A DNA stretch of 64,000 nt, taken from positions 7,255 through 71,254 of the forward strand of contig DVOM01000027.1 of assembly GCA_018713605.1 (NCBI GenBank), written 5' to 3'. Origin of the DNA: Candidatus Scatocola faecigallinarum. GTDB lineage: Bacteria > Pseudomonadota > Alphaproteobacteria > RF32 > CAG-239. The translations under genes were made by a program, and so were the position numbers. Below the pieces are notes generated by a model that had not been told where the DNA came from, ran no database searches, and was given only the letters and a program-made list of their open reading frames with translations. Positions 35,627-45,738 of the stretch are shown piece by piece. Position 1 is the stretch's first letter. Every line of letters starts with the position of its first letter.

Positions 35627-35658
35627 GGCACCCTTCTGTTGAAGATGTGCCTTTTTTT
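35627..35658 (+). terminator. Intrinsic terminator 15 nt upstream of the 35673 start codon (attenuator or sRNA 3' end)
   Basis: GGCAC..CTTC-TGTT-GAAG..GTGCC hairpin followed by T7. Confidence 0.65.
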
Positions 35659-35672
35659 ATGGGAAAAAAACA

Positions 35673-36101
35673 ATGGACATCGAAAACGCTACTTATGCGC
35701 AGCTGCTTTATCTGCGCCGTTCTTACCGTCAGGACCTGGCTGCCATCGAAGCCAAAATTGCCGAACATCGAACCCGGCAGCTCTTTGTCAGAAAACAAAA
35801 GCAAAACGAAGTCTTGCAGCAGGTCAACCGCGAATTTTTCAACTTTTTCGGCGGCGATCCCTTTCTGAACAAAAAGCTCATGGCACCCGTCAGAAACATG
35901 TCGCTCTTCATATCCTACGGTCTGAACAAACGCCTGAACGAGCTGGGAATCTTTTACGTCTGGCAGATTATGCTCCGAACGGAAAAATATTTTCAGGACC
36001 ACATCGGCGGAAAAGAAACCTCCAAGCTGAAAAACCACCTCGCCGAAAACGGCCTGTATCTCGGAATGCGGCCCAACGGAACAAAACAGCCCCGCCGGTA
36101 A
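35673..36101 (+). CDS. Hypothetical protein
   Basis: 142 aa ORF with an N-terminal coiled-coil-like region. No motif recognised. Preceded by a structured leader. Confidence 0.45.
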   Translation: MDIENATYAQLLYLRRSYRQDLAAIEAKIAEHRTRQLFVRKQKQNEVLQQVNREFFNFFGGDPFLNKKLMAPVRNMSLFISYGLNKRLNELGIFYVWQIMLRTEKYFQDHIGGKETSKLKNHLAENGLYLGMRPNGTKQPRR

Positions 36102-36116
36102 GCGGGGCTGTTTCTG

Positions 36117-37886
36117 TTACTTCTTTTCGTCTTCAACCACTTTGATATGCAGTTCGTCAAGCTGCTGCTGCGTAACGAAGTTCGGCGCCTGCATCATCAA
36201 ATCCTGCGCCTTGCCGTTCAACGGGAATAAAATCACGTCGCGGATAATCGGTTCGTCCAAAAGCAGCATTACCAGCCGGTCAACCCCGTAGGCCGAACCG
36301 GCGTGCGGCGGCGCGCCGAACTTAAATGCGCTTATCATGCCGCCGAATTTGCTGTCGACAACGCTGTGGTCATAACCGGCAATCTCAAAAGCCTTATACA
36401 TAATTTCCGGCTTATGGTTGCGCACCGCGCCCGACAGCAGTTCTACGCCGTTGCAGACAAAATCGTACTGGTAAGCATAAATGTCCAACGGATTCTTGCC
36501 GTTCAGTGCATCCATTCCGCCCTGCGGCATCGAGAACGGATTATGCGAAAATTCAACAGCGCCAGTTTCTTCGTTTTCTTCATAAAACGGAAAATCGACA
36601 ATCCAGCACATTTTAAACGTATTTTCGTCAATCAGGCCGAGTTCTTCGCCGACCTTGTTGCGCAAACGGCCGGTAAACTTGTCAAACTTCATGCCCTTGC
36701 CGGCCATAAAGACAACCGCATCGCCGTCCTTAGCGCCGGTTTCTTTCTTAAATTCCTCCAGCTTTTCGGCGCTCAGCAGTTTGGCAATACCCTTGGCGCC
36801 GCCGGCTGCATAAGCGATGTAGGCAATGCCGCCCATGCCTTCTTCCTTGGCATAAGCGTCAAGCTTGTCAAAGAAAGAGCGCGGCTTCTCGCCGGCGCCG
36901 GCAACAACCATCGCCTTAATAACCCTGCCCTCTTTGGCCAGATTGTCATAAACGCCGAAACCCGATTCTCCGAACAGTCCGGTAACATTCTGCAAAACCA
37001 GCGGATTGCGCAGATCCGGCTTATCGGAACCATAATTCATCATCGCCTCGCGGAACGGAATATGGACATATGGCGCCTGGTCGACTTTTTTGCCGTTGGC
37101 AAATTCGTTGAAGATTGTCCCCAGCGTGTGCTCAATAACCTTAAACACGTCGTCCTGCGTGGCAAAAGACATTTCCATATCCATCTGATAAAATTCGCCC
37201 GGTGAACGGTCCGCACGCGGGTCTTCGTCGCGGAAACACGGCGCAATCTGAAAATATTTGTCAAACCCCGAAACCATCAGCAGCTGCTTAAACTGCTGCG
37301 GCGCCTGCGGCAGGGCATAAAAGCGCCCCGGATTCAGCCTTGACGGCACCAGAAAGTCCCGCGCGCCTTCCGGCGACGAAGCGGTCAAAATCGGCGTCTG
37401 ATATTCGGTAAAGCCCTGCTCCCGCATCAGTTCGCGGGAACGCTGAATAACCGCCGAGCGCAGCAAAATGTTTTTGTGAATGCGGTCTTTGCGCAAATCC
37501 AGAAACCGATACTTAAGGCGCATTTCTTCCGGCGCATCGTCTTCCACCGCGACCTGAAACGGCAGAATTTCAGCCTCGGAATAAACCTCAAGGGCATCGA
37601 CCTTGATTTCGATGTCGCCGGTCGGAATATTTTTGTTGATGCTCTCGCGCATCATGACTTTGCCGCTGATGCCGATAACCGATTCGGGACGGATGGCCTC
37701 GATTTTTTCAAACAAGTCGGAGGAGCTGTCGAACACACACTGGGTAATGCCGTAATGGTCTCGCAAATCCACAAAACAGAGATTGCCCAGATTTCTCTTG
37801 CGGTGAATCCACCCCGCAAGCTTAACTTCCTTGTTGACGTCCGAACTTCTCAGTTCGCCGCAGGTGTGAGTACGATAGCTGTTCAT
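36117..37886 (-). CDS. aspS: Aspartate--tRNA ligase (possibly non-discriminating)
   Basis: Start at MNSYRTHTCGELR. OB-fold anticodon domain. Class II motifs FRDEDPRADR and GSAYGVDRL. Confidence 0.95.
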   Translation of the reverse strand: MNSYRTHTCGELRSSDVNKEVKLAGWIHRKRNLGNLCFVDLRDHYGITQCVFDSSSDLFEKIEAIRPESVIGISGKVMMRESINKNIPTGDIEIKVDALEVYSEAEILPFQVAVEDDAPEEMRLKYRFLDLRKDRIHKNILLRSAVIQRSRELMREQGFTEYQTPILTASSPEGARDFLVPSRLNPGRFYALPQAPQQFKQLLMVSGFDKYFQIAPCFRDEDPRADRSPGEFYQMDMEMSFATQDDVFKVIEHTLGTIFNEFANGKKVDQAPYVHIPFREAMMNYGSDKPDLRNPLVLQNVTGLFGESGFGVYDNLAKEGRVIKAMVVAGAGEKPRSFFDKLDAYAKEEGMGGIAYIAYAAGGAKGIAKLLSAEKLEEFKKETGAKDGDAVVFMAGKGMKFDKFTGRLRNKVGEELGLIDENTFKMCWIVDFPFYEENEETGAVEFSHNPFSMPQGGMDALNGKNPLDIYAYQYDFVCNGVELLSGAVRNHKPEIMYKAFEIAGYDHSVVDSKFGGMISAFKFGAPPHAGSAYGVDRLVMLLLDEPIIRDVILFPLNGKAQDLMMQAPNFVTQQQLDELHIKVVEDEKK

Positions 37887-38069
37887 AAAAAACCTCATTT
37901 TCGTTATTATAATTTAGATTTAATTGTTAAAACGAATTTCTCCCGAAAGCAAGCAAAACTTAAGAAATCAGCACCGAAAATCGGCTTTTCCGTCAAAAAC
38001 GGCTTGCACCGGCCTTAAAAAAATATTAAACATCAGGAACTATGCTGAAAGCAGCTTGAAAACAACGGA

Positions 38070-39242
38070 TTGAATTTTATGAAACTGATTGAAAACACAT
38101 CGGAACTGATAAGCTTCTGTCAGGAACTGAACCGGAAGCCTTTCATTGCCGTAGATCTGGAATTCCTGCGCGAAAAATCTTACTACGCCAAACTCTGCCT
38201 GATTCAGGTCGCCGCGCCGGACACAGCCGCCATCATTGACCCGCTGGCGCCCGGAATTGAACTGGAAGCCTTCTTCGCCGTACTGCACAACCCGGAAGTG
38301 GTCAAAGTCTTCCATTCCGGCCGCCAGGACATCGAAATCATTTACCATCAGGCCGGTTTCATTCCCGAACCGCTGTTCGACACGCAGACGGCCGCTCAGG
38401 TCTTCGGCTTCGGCGAAGCGATCAGCTACGAAAATCTGGTCAAAACCATTCTCGGCATTCAGCTGGACAAAAGCTGCCGCCTTTCCGACTGGAGTCTGCG
38501 CCCGCTGGACGCCAAACAGCTTGAATATGCGCTTTCCGACGTTACCCATCTGGTGCCCGTTTATGAACATCTGCGCGGCAAACTGGCCGAAAGCGGCCGC
38601 GAACACTGGCTTGACGAAGAATTTGCCGCTCTTGCCGACCCCGAAACCTATATCGTGCACCCCGAAGACGTCTGGCAGAAAATCAAACACCGGTCGCACA
38701 ACGGCCGCCTGCTGACCGTTTTGCGCGAACTTGCCGCCTGGCGCGAACGCCGGGCGCAAAGCAAAGACACGCCGCGCCAGAGCATTATCAGGGACGACTG
38801 CCTGCTCAACATTGCCGCCGCCTGCCCTGACTGCCGCGAAGATCTGGAAAAAATCCGCAACATCCGCAAAGACGTCGTTACCGGCAAACTGGGCGAAGAA
38901 ATTCTGGAAGTCATTCAAAAAGCCGTCAAAATTCCGCCTTCGGCCTATGTCAAACCCGAGCACGAAAAAATGCTGCCGGTCGGCGCCGCGGCCTTATACG
39001 AACTTTTGCGCCTGCTTCTGAAAATCCGCTCGCAGGAACAAGGCGTAATTCCCAGGCTGATTGCTTCCGACGACGATCTCAAACGGCTGGCAGTTTTTTC
39101 CGACAGAAAAAACCCCGTTCTCCGGGGCTGGCGTTTTGAAATCTTCGGCCGGGACGCCGTGGCGCTGCGGGAGGGAAAACTGAGCATCTCTTACGACGCC
39201 GAACGCCATCGCATTGAAATCGGCGAAAAAGCCGGGAACTGA
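38070..39242 (+). CDS. rnd: Ribonuclease D
   Basis: 390 aa. DEDDy exonuclease motifs (IAVDLEF, HSGRQD, YALSDV) and an HRDC region. Confidence 0.9.
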   Translation: MNFMKLIENTSELISFCQELNRKPFIAVDLEFLREKSYYAKLCLIQVAAPDTAAIIDPLAPGIELEAFFAVLHNPEVVKVFHSGRQDIEIIYHQAGFIPEPLFDTQTAAQVFGFGEAISYENLVKTILGIQLDKSCRLSDWSLRPLDAKQLEYALSDVTHLVPVYEHLRGKLAESGREHWLDEEFAALADPETYIVHPEDVWQKIKHRSHNGRLLTVLRELAAWRERRAQSKDTPRQSIIRDDCLLNIAAACPDCREDLEKIRNIRKDVVTGKLGEEILEVIQKAVKIPPSAYVKPEHEKMLPVGAAALYELLRLLLKIRSQEQGVIPRLIASDDDLKRLAVFSDRKNPVLRGWRFEIFGRDAVALREGKLSISYDAERHRIEIGEKAGN

Positions 39243-39259
39243 TCCCGGCTTTGTTTTGC

Positions 39260-39565
39260 CTATTTGTAAGGCTGATTATACAAACTGTCCAGCAGCTGCA
39301 AAATTTTCAGCGCCTTTTCGCTCTTAATCGAATAATAAATCGTCTGCGCCTCCCGCCGGGTTTTGACCACGTTCTCCGCCCGCAAAATGGCCAGATGCTG
39401 CGACAGGGCCGACTGACTCAGGCCGACGGCCTTCTCAAGTTCGGTTACGTTCATCTCGTTTTGCATCAGATAATACAAAATTTCCAGACGCCGTGCGTTG
39501 CCCATCGCTTTCAGCAGCTTTGACCCCGGTACTATCGCTAAATTCTTCATCTCGCTTCTCCTCAT
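39260..39565 (-). CDS. ArsR/SmtB-family transcriptional regulator
   Basis: 101 aa. Winged HTH: MNVTELEKAVGLSQSALSQHLAILR. Confidence 0.85.
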   Translation of the reverse strand: MRRSEMKNLAIVPGSKLLKAMGNARRLEILYYLMQNEMNVTELEKAVGLSQSALSQHLAILRAENVVKTRREAQTIYYSIKSEKALKILQLLDSLYNQPYK

Positions 39566-39724
39566 TTAACTGATTCTAATTTAGCATGATTCCAAGGCGC
39601 AAAACAGTTCTAGACAAACCAATTGCTATATATACTTGTTGATGATGGCATAAAGTAGAGATTCCGAGTTGCCATCGGAAAATTATTATAATATGATGAC
39701 CTGAACCTAACGGAGAGAAACAAA

Positions 39725-39970
39725 ATGGAAGAAAAAGACATTAAGGATCTGAGCTTTGAAGAAGCGCTTGCTCGGCTTGAAAATCTGGTTCGCGAACTGG
39801 AAAGCGGACGCATCAGGCTTGACGACGCCGTTACCGCCTACGAGCGCGCCGTAAGCCTCAAAAAGCTTTGCGAAAACAAGCTCAGAGACGCACAGCTTAA
39901 AATCGAAAAAATCGAAATTACCCCCGACGGCGAAACAAAACTGAGCGAACTGGATAAAATCGAAAACTGA
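39725..39970 (+). CDS. xseB: Exodeoxyribonuclease VII small subunit
   Basis: 81 aa. LSFEEALARLENLVRELESG is diagnostic. Confidence 0.9.
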   Translation: MEEKDIKDLSFEEALARLENLVRELESGRIRLDDAVTAYERAVSLKKLCENKLRDAQLKIEKIEITPDGETKLSELDKIEN

Positions 39971-39986
39971 TTACGGACGATGCGAC

Positions 39987-40886
39987 ATGACCGACATTAA
40001 AGAAAAACTGAGCGCCTTTTCCCGGCGTTTCAACGACTGCCTGCCCGAATTCTTTACCCTTCCGACCGGCCCCGAAAAAAGAGTGGTTCAGGCCATGGAA
40101 TATTCGGTCATGAACGGCGGCAAACGCCTGCGGCCTTTCCTTGTCTGCGAGTGCGCCGCCCTGTTCGGCGTACCGGAGGAAAAATCTTTCCGCACCGCTG
40201 TCGCGCTTGAAATGCTGCATTCCTATTCGCTCATTCACGACGATCTCCCCGCCATGGACAATGACGACCTCCGCCGCGGCAAACCAACCTGCCACAAGCA
40301 GTTTGACGAAGCCACCGCCATTTTGGCCGGCGACGGTCTGCTGACCTATGCCTTTGAAATCATCAGCGACGAAAAGACGCATCCGCGGCCGGTCATCCGC
40401 AGCCGTCTGGTCAAACTTCTGGCCGAAGCCGCCGGCGCCTTCAACGGCATGATTGCCGGGCAAATGCTTGACCTTTACGCCGAAAACCTCAAAAACCCCG
40501 CCGAACCCGAAAAACTGATTAAAAACATTGAAGAAATGAAGACCGGCCGCCTGCTCCGTTACGCCTGCGAAGCCGGCGCCGTTCTCGGCAACGCGCAGGG
40601 CGAAAAATATCAGGCGCTGATTGACTACTCGCGCCGTATCGGCATCGCTTTCCAGATTGCCGACGACATTCTCGACGTCGAAGGAAACCAGGCGCTGGTC
40701 GGCAAAACCCTGAACAAAGACGCCGAACAGGGAAAAATTACCTTTGTCGGCATCTACGGCCTGTCCAAAGCCAAACAAATTGCCAAAGACTTCATAATCG
40801 AAGCCGAGCAGGTTTTGGACATCTTCGGAAATAAGGCCCAAACCTTAAAGGAACTGGCACACTTCATCATCGAACGCAAATCTTAG
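39987..40886 (+). CDS. ispA: Polyprenyl (farnesyl/geranylgeranyl) diphosphate synthase
   Basis: 299 aa. First Asp-rich motif LIHDDLPAMDNDDLRRG and second motif QIADDILD. Confidence 0.9.
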   Translation: MTDIKEKLSAFSRRFNDCLPEFFTLPTGPEKRVVQAMEYSVMNGGKRLRPFLVCECAALFGVPEEKSFRTAVALEMLHSYSLIHDDLPAMDNDDLRRGKPTCHKQFDEATAILAGDGLLTYAFEIISDEKTHPRPVIRSRLVKLLAEAAGAFNGMIAGQMLDLYAENLKNPAEPEKLIKNIEEMKTGRLLRYACEAGAVLGNAQGEKYQALIDYSRRIGIAFQIADDILDVEGNQALVGKTLNKDAEQGKITFVGIYGLSKAKQIAKDFIIEAEQVLDIFGNKAQTLKELAHFIIERKS

Positions 40887-40914
40887 CATGCGGAACGCCG
40901 TCAAAACGTATTTA

Positions 40915-41745
40915 TTACAGGTATCTGTACTTATTGGCGCGATATGTTCCCAGAACATGAATGGATTCTGAAAAGAATTTCAGCTCATCAAAAGCATTAT
41001 GAAAAGCTTTTCTGGACGGGTGCGATTCTATCTCGGCATAAAACTGCGCCGAAACAAACTTCCCTTCCAGCAGATAACTCTCAAGTTTTGTAATGTTGAT
41101 GCCATTAGTGGCAAAGCCGCCCAGCGCCTTGTACAATGCCGCCGGAATGTTTTTGGCCTTGAATATGAACGAAGTGATAAATTCGCCGCCGTCGTCTTCG
41201 GGAATTTCCGGTTCCCGTGCCATAATCAGAAAACGGGTCGTGTTGTTGCGGGCGTTTTCAATATTCGGCGCCACCACGTCCAGCCCGTAAATTTCGCCGG
41301 CCAGTTTGGAGGCGATTGCGGCTATTGACTTATCCTGAAACTTCAGCACGTCCTGACAGCTGAGCGCCGTGTCAATGCGCGCCGTCGGCTTAATGCCGTG
41401 TCTTTTCAGAAACTCCGAACACTGCGCCAGCGCCTGCGGATGCGACGAAGCCGATTTTACGTCCGCAAGTTTGGTCCCGGGCAAACCGAGCAACTGATGA
41501 TTAATCGGCAGAAAAAACTCGCCGATAATATGCAAACCGGTCTGCGGCAGCAGAAAATGCACGTCGGAAACCCGCCCGGCATTGGAGTTCTCCACCGGAA
41601 TCATCGCCAGATCGGCCTCTCCTTCGCTTACCAGGTTCATGGCTTTTTCAAAAGTGTCGCAGGGCAGATATTCCTGCCCGGGATAAACCGTCATTGAGGC
41701 AATGTGCGAATAAGCGCCGGCCACGCCCTGATAGGCTATTCTCAT
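40915..41745 (-). CDS. pheA: Prephenate dehydratase
   Basis: 276 aa. MRIAYQGVAGAYSH start, a TRF motif region and a C-terminal ACT domain. Confidence 0.85.
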   Translation of the reverse strand: MRIAYQGVAGAYSHIASMTVYPGQEYLPCDTFEKAMNLVSEGEADLAMIPVENSNAGRVSDVHFLLPQTGLHIIGEFFLPINHQLLGLPGTKLADVKSASSHPQALAQCSEFLKRHGIKPTARIDTALSCQDVLKFQDKSIAAIASKLAGEIYGLDVVAPNIENARNNTTRFLIMAREPEIPEDDGGEFITSFIFKAKNIPAALYKALGGFATNGINITKLESYLLEGKFVSAQFYAEIESHPSRKAFHNAFDELKFFSESIHVLGTYRANKYRYL

Positions 41746-41824
41746 TTTTTTCAGCTCCTTAAAAATAACTTGCGTCAGGCAAGTTTATATAATATAACAG
41801 CCTGAAAATAAAGGACGAAAAAGC

Positions 41825-42907
41825 ATGAAAGTGGATATTTTTGATTTTGACCTCGACCGCAGCCTGATTGCCGACAAACCGGCCAGCCCGAGAGACAGCT
41901 CCAAACTTTTGGACTTGTCCGAAGAAGACAGGATAACCGATCGCGTTTTCTATGAACTGCCCGAAATCCTGCACGAAGGCGACGTTCTCGTTTTCAACGA
42001 CACCAAGGTCATTCCGGCGCGGCTTTACGGCAAACGCGGCGAAGCTCAGGTTGAAGTCACGCTCTACCACCCGGTTGACGGCATCCGCTGGCAGTCCTTC
42101 ATAAAAAATGCCAAACGTCTGCGCCCCGGCGACACGGTTGCCTTTTACACCGCCGAAATCCCGGCCGAAAAATCGGATTTCACCGCCGAAGTCCTGGAAA
42201 AAAACGGCGAAGACGGCGTTTTGCTCAAATTCGACTGCGACCCGAAAAATCTCGGCCATTACCTGGAAAAATACGGTTCAATGCCGTTGCCGCCTTATAT
42301 CAAACGCGAAAAACCCGCCGATGGCCTGTGGAGCAAATATAACGACAAAGAAGATTATCAGACCGTCTATGCCAGACACGAAGGTGCCGTTGCCGCACCG
42401 ACCGCCGGCCTGCATTTTACCCCGCGCGTCCTGGAGGCTTTGGATAAAAAAGGCGTCAAAAAGGTTTTTCTGACCCTGCATGTCGGCGCCGGAACTTTCC
42501 TGCCGGTCAAAGTCGAAGACACCAAAGACCATAAGATGCACGCCGAATACGGCGTCATTTCCCCGGACGCCTGCAAGATAATAAACGAAGCGAAAAAGAA
42601 CGGCAACCGCATTATCGCCGTCGGCACAACCTCTCTGCGCTTGTTGGAAAGCGCCGCCGACGACAACGGAATCCTGCACCCTTTTACCGGCGAAACCGAC
42701 ATTTTCATCACGCCGGGCTACAGGTTCAAAATCATCGACTACATCATCACCAATTTCCATCTGCCCAAATCGACGCTGTTCATGCTCATCTGCGCCATCG
42801 CCGGCACCGAACGCATGCAGGCGGCCTACCGCTACGCCATGGAGCACAAATACCGCTTTTATTCTTACGGCGACAGTTCGATTTTAAAATGCGTAAACAA
42901 AATTTAA
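41825..42907 (+). CDS. queA: tRNA preQ1(34) S-adenosylmethionine ribosyltransferase-isomerase QueA
   Basis: 360 aa. FDFDLDRSLIADKPASPRDSSKLL and the VAAPTAGLHFT motif. Confidence 0.95.
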   Translation: MKVDIFDFDLDRSLIADKPASPRDSSKLLDLSEEDRITDRVFYELPEILHEGDVLVFNDTKVIPARLYGKRGEAQVEVTLYHPVDGIRWQSFIKNAKRLRPGDTVAFYTAEIPAEKSDFTAEVLEKNGEDGVLLKFDCDPKNLGHYLEKYGSMPLPPYIKREKPADGLWSKYNDKEDYQTVYARHEGAVAAPTAGLHFTPRVLEALDKKGVKKVFLTLHVGAGTFLPVKVEDTKDHKMHAEYGVISPDACKIINEAKKNGNRIIAVGTTSLRLLESAADDNGILHPFTGETDIFITPGYRFKIIDYIITNFHLPKSTLFMLICAIAGTERMQAAYRYAMEHKYRFYSYGDSSILKCVNKI

Positions 42908-42947
42908 ACCACTTCCCGCCTATGATACGGCATAAGGGAGAAACAGG

Positions 42948-44123
42948 GTGCTCAAACTGAACATAAGCTTGGAAAAGATTCTGCCGCTGCTGAAAAACAC
43001 GTTTCTGCCGGCACTGGTTTTCGGTGCCGGAGTTATCGGGTTCTATGCGGCCAACCCGTTTCCTGAATCTTCGCTGCTTACGCTGCACAGCCTGTTTTAC
43101 GTTCTCAGTTTCGCAACTTTTCTGATTTTGCTCTACTTCGACAGCCGCAAACCGGTCTTTTTTATCCTGATAACCGTTTTGAGCTATATTTTGATAAACT
43201 ATGTCAAAAAGAACGGGGGCGAAAGCTATCAGTCTTCGGCCGAATACCTTAACCTTTGCTTTTTCCTGCCGCTCAATCTAACGATTTTTTACTTTTTGCC
43301 CGGCGGCAAACTGTTGCGGAAAGAAAATGTCTGGCTCCTGCTCTCGGTCTTTGCCCAGTTTGCCGTTGCCGAAAAGCTGAGCGCTGCGGGGCTGGCTCCG
43401 GCATGGAACTTTAGCGACACGCCTTCTTCCGGTCTCAACGGCCTCAGCCTGATATTCTTTGCCCTCATGCTTTGCGCTTTTTTCATCCGGGCGTCGGTCA
43501 GCGGTTCCATTGTCGACACCGCTTTGTTTTTTGCCGGTTTTGAAATTTTCCTCGGCTTTTACTATTCGCTGCTGCCCTCGGCGTTGACGATCTTCTTTGC
43601 CGCCGCCATGCTCAGCATTGCCGTCGCCGTCGTTCAGGATATTTATTATTCCACCTACCGCGATGTCCTGACCGGACTTGCCGGACGCAACGCGTTTATA
43701 ATCAACGCCAAAAATTTTCCGCTCAAATACTCGGTCGGCATTGTCTGTATCGACGATTACGAAAAGCTCGGTCAGGTCTTTGGCCGCATGGGGCAAAACG
43801 CGCTTACGAAAATGATTGCTTCCCGCATTACCGAAACTGAATTTGAAAATCAGGTTTATCGTTATACGCCGGACGAATTCGTCATCATTTTCAAAAAGGA
43901 AGACAAAAACGAAGGCTTCGACCGGCTGGAAAAAATCCGCCGTGCCGTCGCCTCGGCCGAATTTATGCTCGGCCGCCGCAAAAAGCCGATAAAACTGACC
44001 GTGTCCTGTGCGGTTTCCGAAAAAAAACGCAGCGACGCCAACTCAGTCGAAGTTCTGGTTCGTGCCCATAAGGCCCTGCAAAAAACTTACAAATTTACCC
44101 AAAACGTCACTTCCAAAGCCTAA
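42948..44123 (+). CDS. Polytopic membrane protein with degenerate GGDEF domain
   Basis: 391 aa (GTG start). About 7 TM helices, then a GGDEF-fold region in which GGDEF is YTPDEF and the DxDxFKxxND region is IDDYEKLGQVFG. Confidence 0.7.
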   Translation: MLKLNISLEKILPLLKNTFLPALVFGAGVIGFYAANPFPESSLLTLHSLFYVLSFATFLILLYFDSRKPVFFILITVLSYILINYVKKNGGESYQSSAEYLNLCFFLPLNLTIFYFLPGGKLLRKENVWLLLSVFAQFAVAEKLSAAGLAPAWNFSDTPSSGLNGLSLIFFALMLCAFFIRASVSGSIVDTALFFAGFEIFLGFYYSLLPSALTIFFAAAMLSIAVAVVQDIYYSTYRDVLTGLAGRNAFIINAKNFPLKYSVGIVCIDDYEKLGQVFGRMGQNALTKMIASRITETEFENQVYRYTPDEFVIIFKKEDKNEGFDRLEKIRRAVASAEFMLGRRKKPIKLTVSCAVSEKKRSDANSVEVLVRAHKALQKTYKFTQNVTSKA

Positions 44124-44127
44124 AAAA

Positions 44128-44934
44128 CTAGGAATGTTCTTTCCTGAGCATAGCCAGACGCGCCATCACAAATACGCCGAGCAGCACCAGCGGCAACGAC
44201 AAAATCTGTCCCATTGTAAACGAGTTGAAAAAGAATCCCATCTGCTCGTCCGGCTCACGAAACTGTTCCATGGCAATTCGGAAAACCCCGTACAAAGCCA
44301 CAAACGCGGCCGAAACGAAACCGTGTCTCTCGCGCACCCATTTGTAACGCCACAACACGTTCAACACGATGAACATCAGCACGCCCTCAAACATTGCCTC
44401 ATACAGCTGCGACGGATGCCGCGGCAGATAACCGCCGCTCGGAAAACGTACCGCCCACGGCACGTCGGTTATCCTGCCCCACAACTCGTCGTTCACAAAA
44501 TTGGCCAGCCGGCCGCAAAATATGCCGATTGGCGCATACAAAACCACCAAATCCGTCAGCCGCAGAAAACCGTAATTTATCTTGCGCGCAAACAGCCAAA
44601 GCGCAGCCACGACGCCAAGCACGCCGCCATGGAAAGACATGCCGCCCTGCCAGATTTCCAAAATCCGCAGCGGATTTTCCCAGAAATATCCTTTGCCGTA
44701 AAACAGAACATAACCCAAACGGCCGCCCAGAATAATGCCCAGCGTCAGATAGAAAACCATGTCCTCAACATTTGTCCGGCTCAGTCCCAGATCATATTTT
44801 TTCACGTTGCGGTTAATCAAATACCAACCGGCCAGAATACCGAAAAGATACGCCATCGAATACCAGCGCACCGCCACGGGACCGATTGAAAACATAATCG
44901 GCGAAATATCCGGAAACTCAAGACCTGTCATCAT
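44128..44934 (-). CDS. lgt: Prolipoprotein diacylglyceryl transferase
   Basis: Start at MMTGLEFPDISPIMFSIGPVAVRWYSMAY. GGMSFHGG motif. Confidence 0.9.
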   Translation of the reverse strand: MMTGLEFPDISPIMFSIGPVAVRWYSMAYLFGILAGWYLINRNVKKYDLGLSRTNVEDMVFYLTLGIILGGRLGYVLFYGKGYFWENPLRILEIWQGGMSFHGGVLGVVAALWLFARKINYGFLRLTDLVVLYAPIGIFCGRLANFVNDELWGRITDVPWAVRFPSGGYLPRHPSQLYEAMFEGVLMFIVLNVLWRYKWVRERHGFVSAAFVALYGVFRIAMEQFREPDEQMGFFFNSFTMGQILSLPLVLLGVFVMARLAMLRKEHS

Positions 44935-45191
44935 TTTTTCTTTCCTTGGTTGGCAATTGATTAAAACTATATTAACAAAAAAAAATATATCCACACCTAA
45001 AAATTTTTAATTTGCACCGTTCCTTGTCAGTCTACTGATTTAACGTAAATTTTCTTTTGAAATTTTTTTTGTTTCCCGATTTAGGTGGAAAACTTTTTTT
45101 AATTTATTGTAATCGCCGACTCGGTAATGCAATCTGTTTTTATCACGACGCGGTCGCGGCTGCAAAACTAACCCAGGTGGAGAAGCTCACA

Positions 45192-45689
45192 ATGAATCCG
45201 GCAAAGAATTTAGCCCCTGAATACAATCCGATAGACACGGTTGAAAACATTTTCAGCACCCGTTCTTTCGAGTTGGAACGCCGCAGTCTGAACGAAGTCG
45301 TGGTTGAAGTGCAGGGCAAATGGAACAACATGCTGCTCTTTTTTGCCTGGGAACAGAACATGCGCTGCCTGCATCTTTCCTGTCTGATGGATATTGAAAG
45401 CACCATTGAAGACCGCAGCAAAATCTTTGAACTGCTGGCACTGGCCAACGAAGAACTCTGGGTTGGGCATTTTTCTTACTGGACCGAACAAAACATGCCG
45501 GTTTTCAAACACTCCGTCATCATTAACGATGACGAAGAAATGGTCGAAAACAAAGTTTCGCAGATTATCGACATCGCCATCAAGGAATGTGAACGCATGT
45601 ATCCGATTTTCAATGTTGTCCTTACCCGCGGCATGGACCCCAGACAGGCGCTCTATCCGATGATGATGGAAACCAAGGGTTCAGCCTGA
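45192..45689 (+). CDS. YbjN-domain (T3SS-chaperone-like fold) protein
   Basis: Start at MNPAKN. 165 aa. The pattern ...VVVEVQGKWNNMLLFFAW...LHLSC...W.GHF is typical of alphaproteobacterial YbjN-like proteins. Confidence 0.55.
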   Translation: MNPAKNLAPEYNPIDTVENIFSTRSFELERRSLNEVVVEVQGKWNNMLLFFAWEQNMRCLHLSCLMDIESTIEDRSKIFELLALANEELWVGHFSYWTEQNMPVFKHSVIINDDEEMVENKVSQIIDIAIKECERMYPIFNVVLTRGMDPRQALYPMMMETKGSA

Positions 45690-45738
45690 AACCACAAAAA
45701 AAAGGTCTTCGCCGCAACCGGCAAAAACCTTTTCTTTT

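Noticed and set aside
35430-35658. Considered tmRNA (the GACAACAACGGATTGGATATAGTCCGTTAA tag-like frame), SRP RNA and RNase P RNA for the structured region.
   Set aside because: The putative tag does not end in the usual Ala-Ala. There is no tRNA-like T-arm or acceptor, no SRP domain-IV GGAA/AGCA motif, and no RNase P GAGGAAAGUCC box. It is also too short for RNase P.
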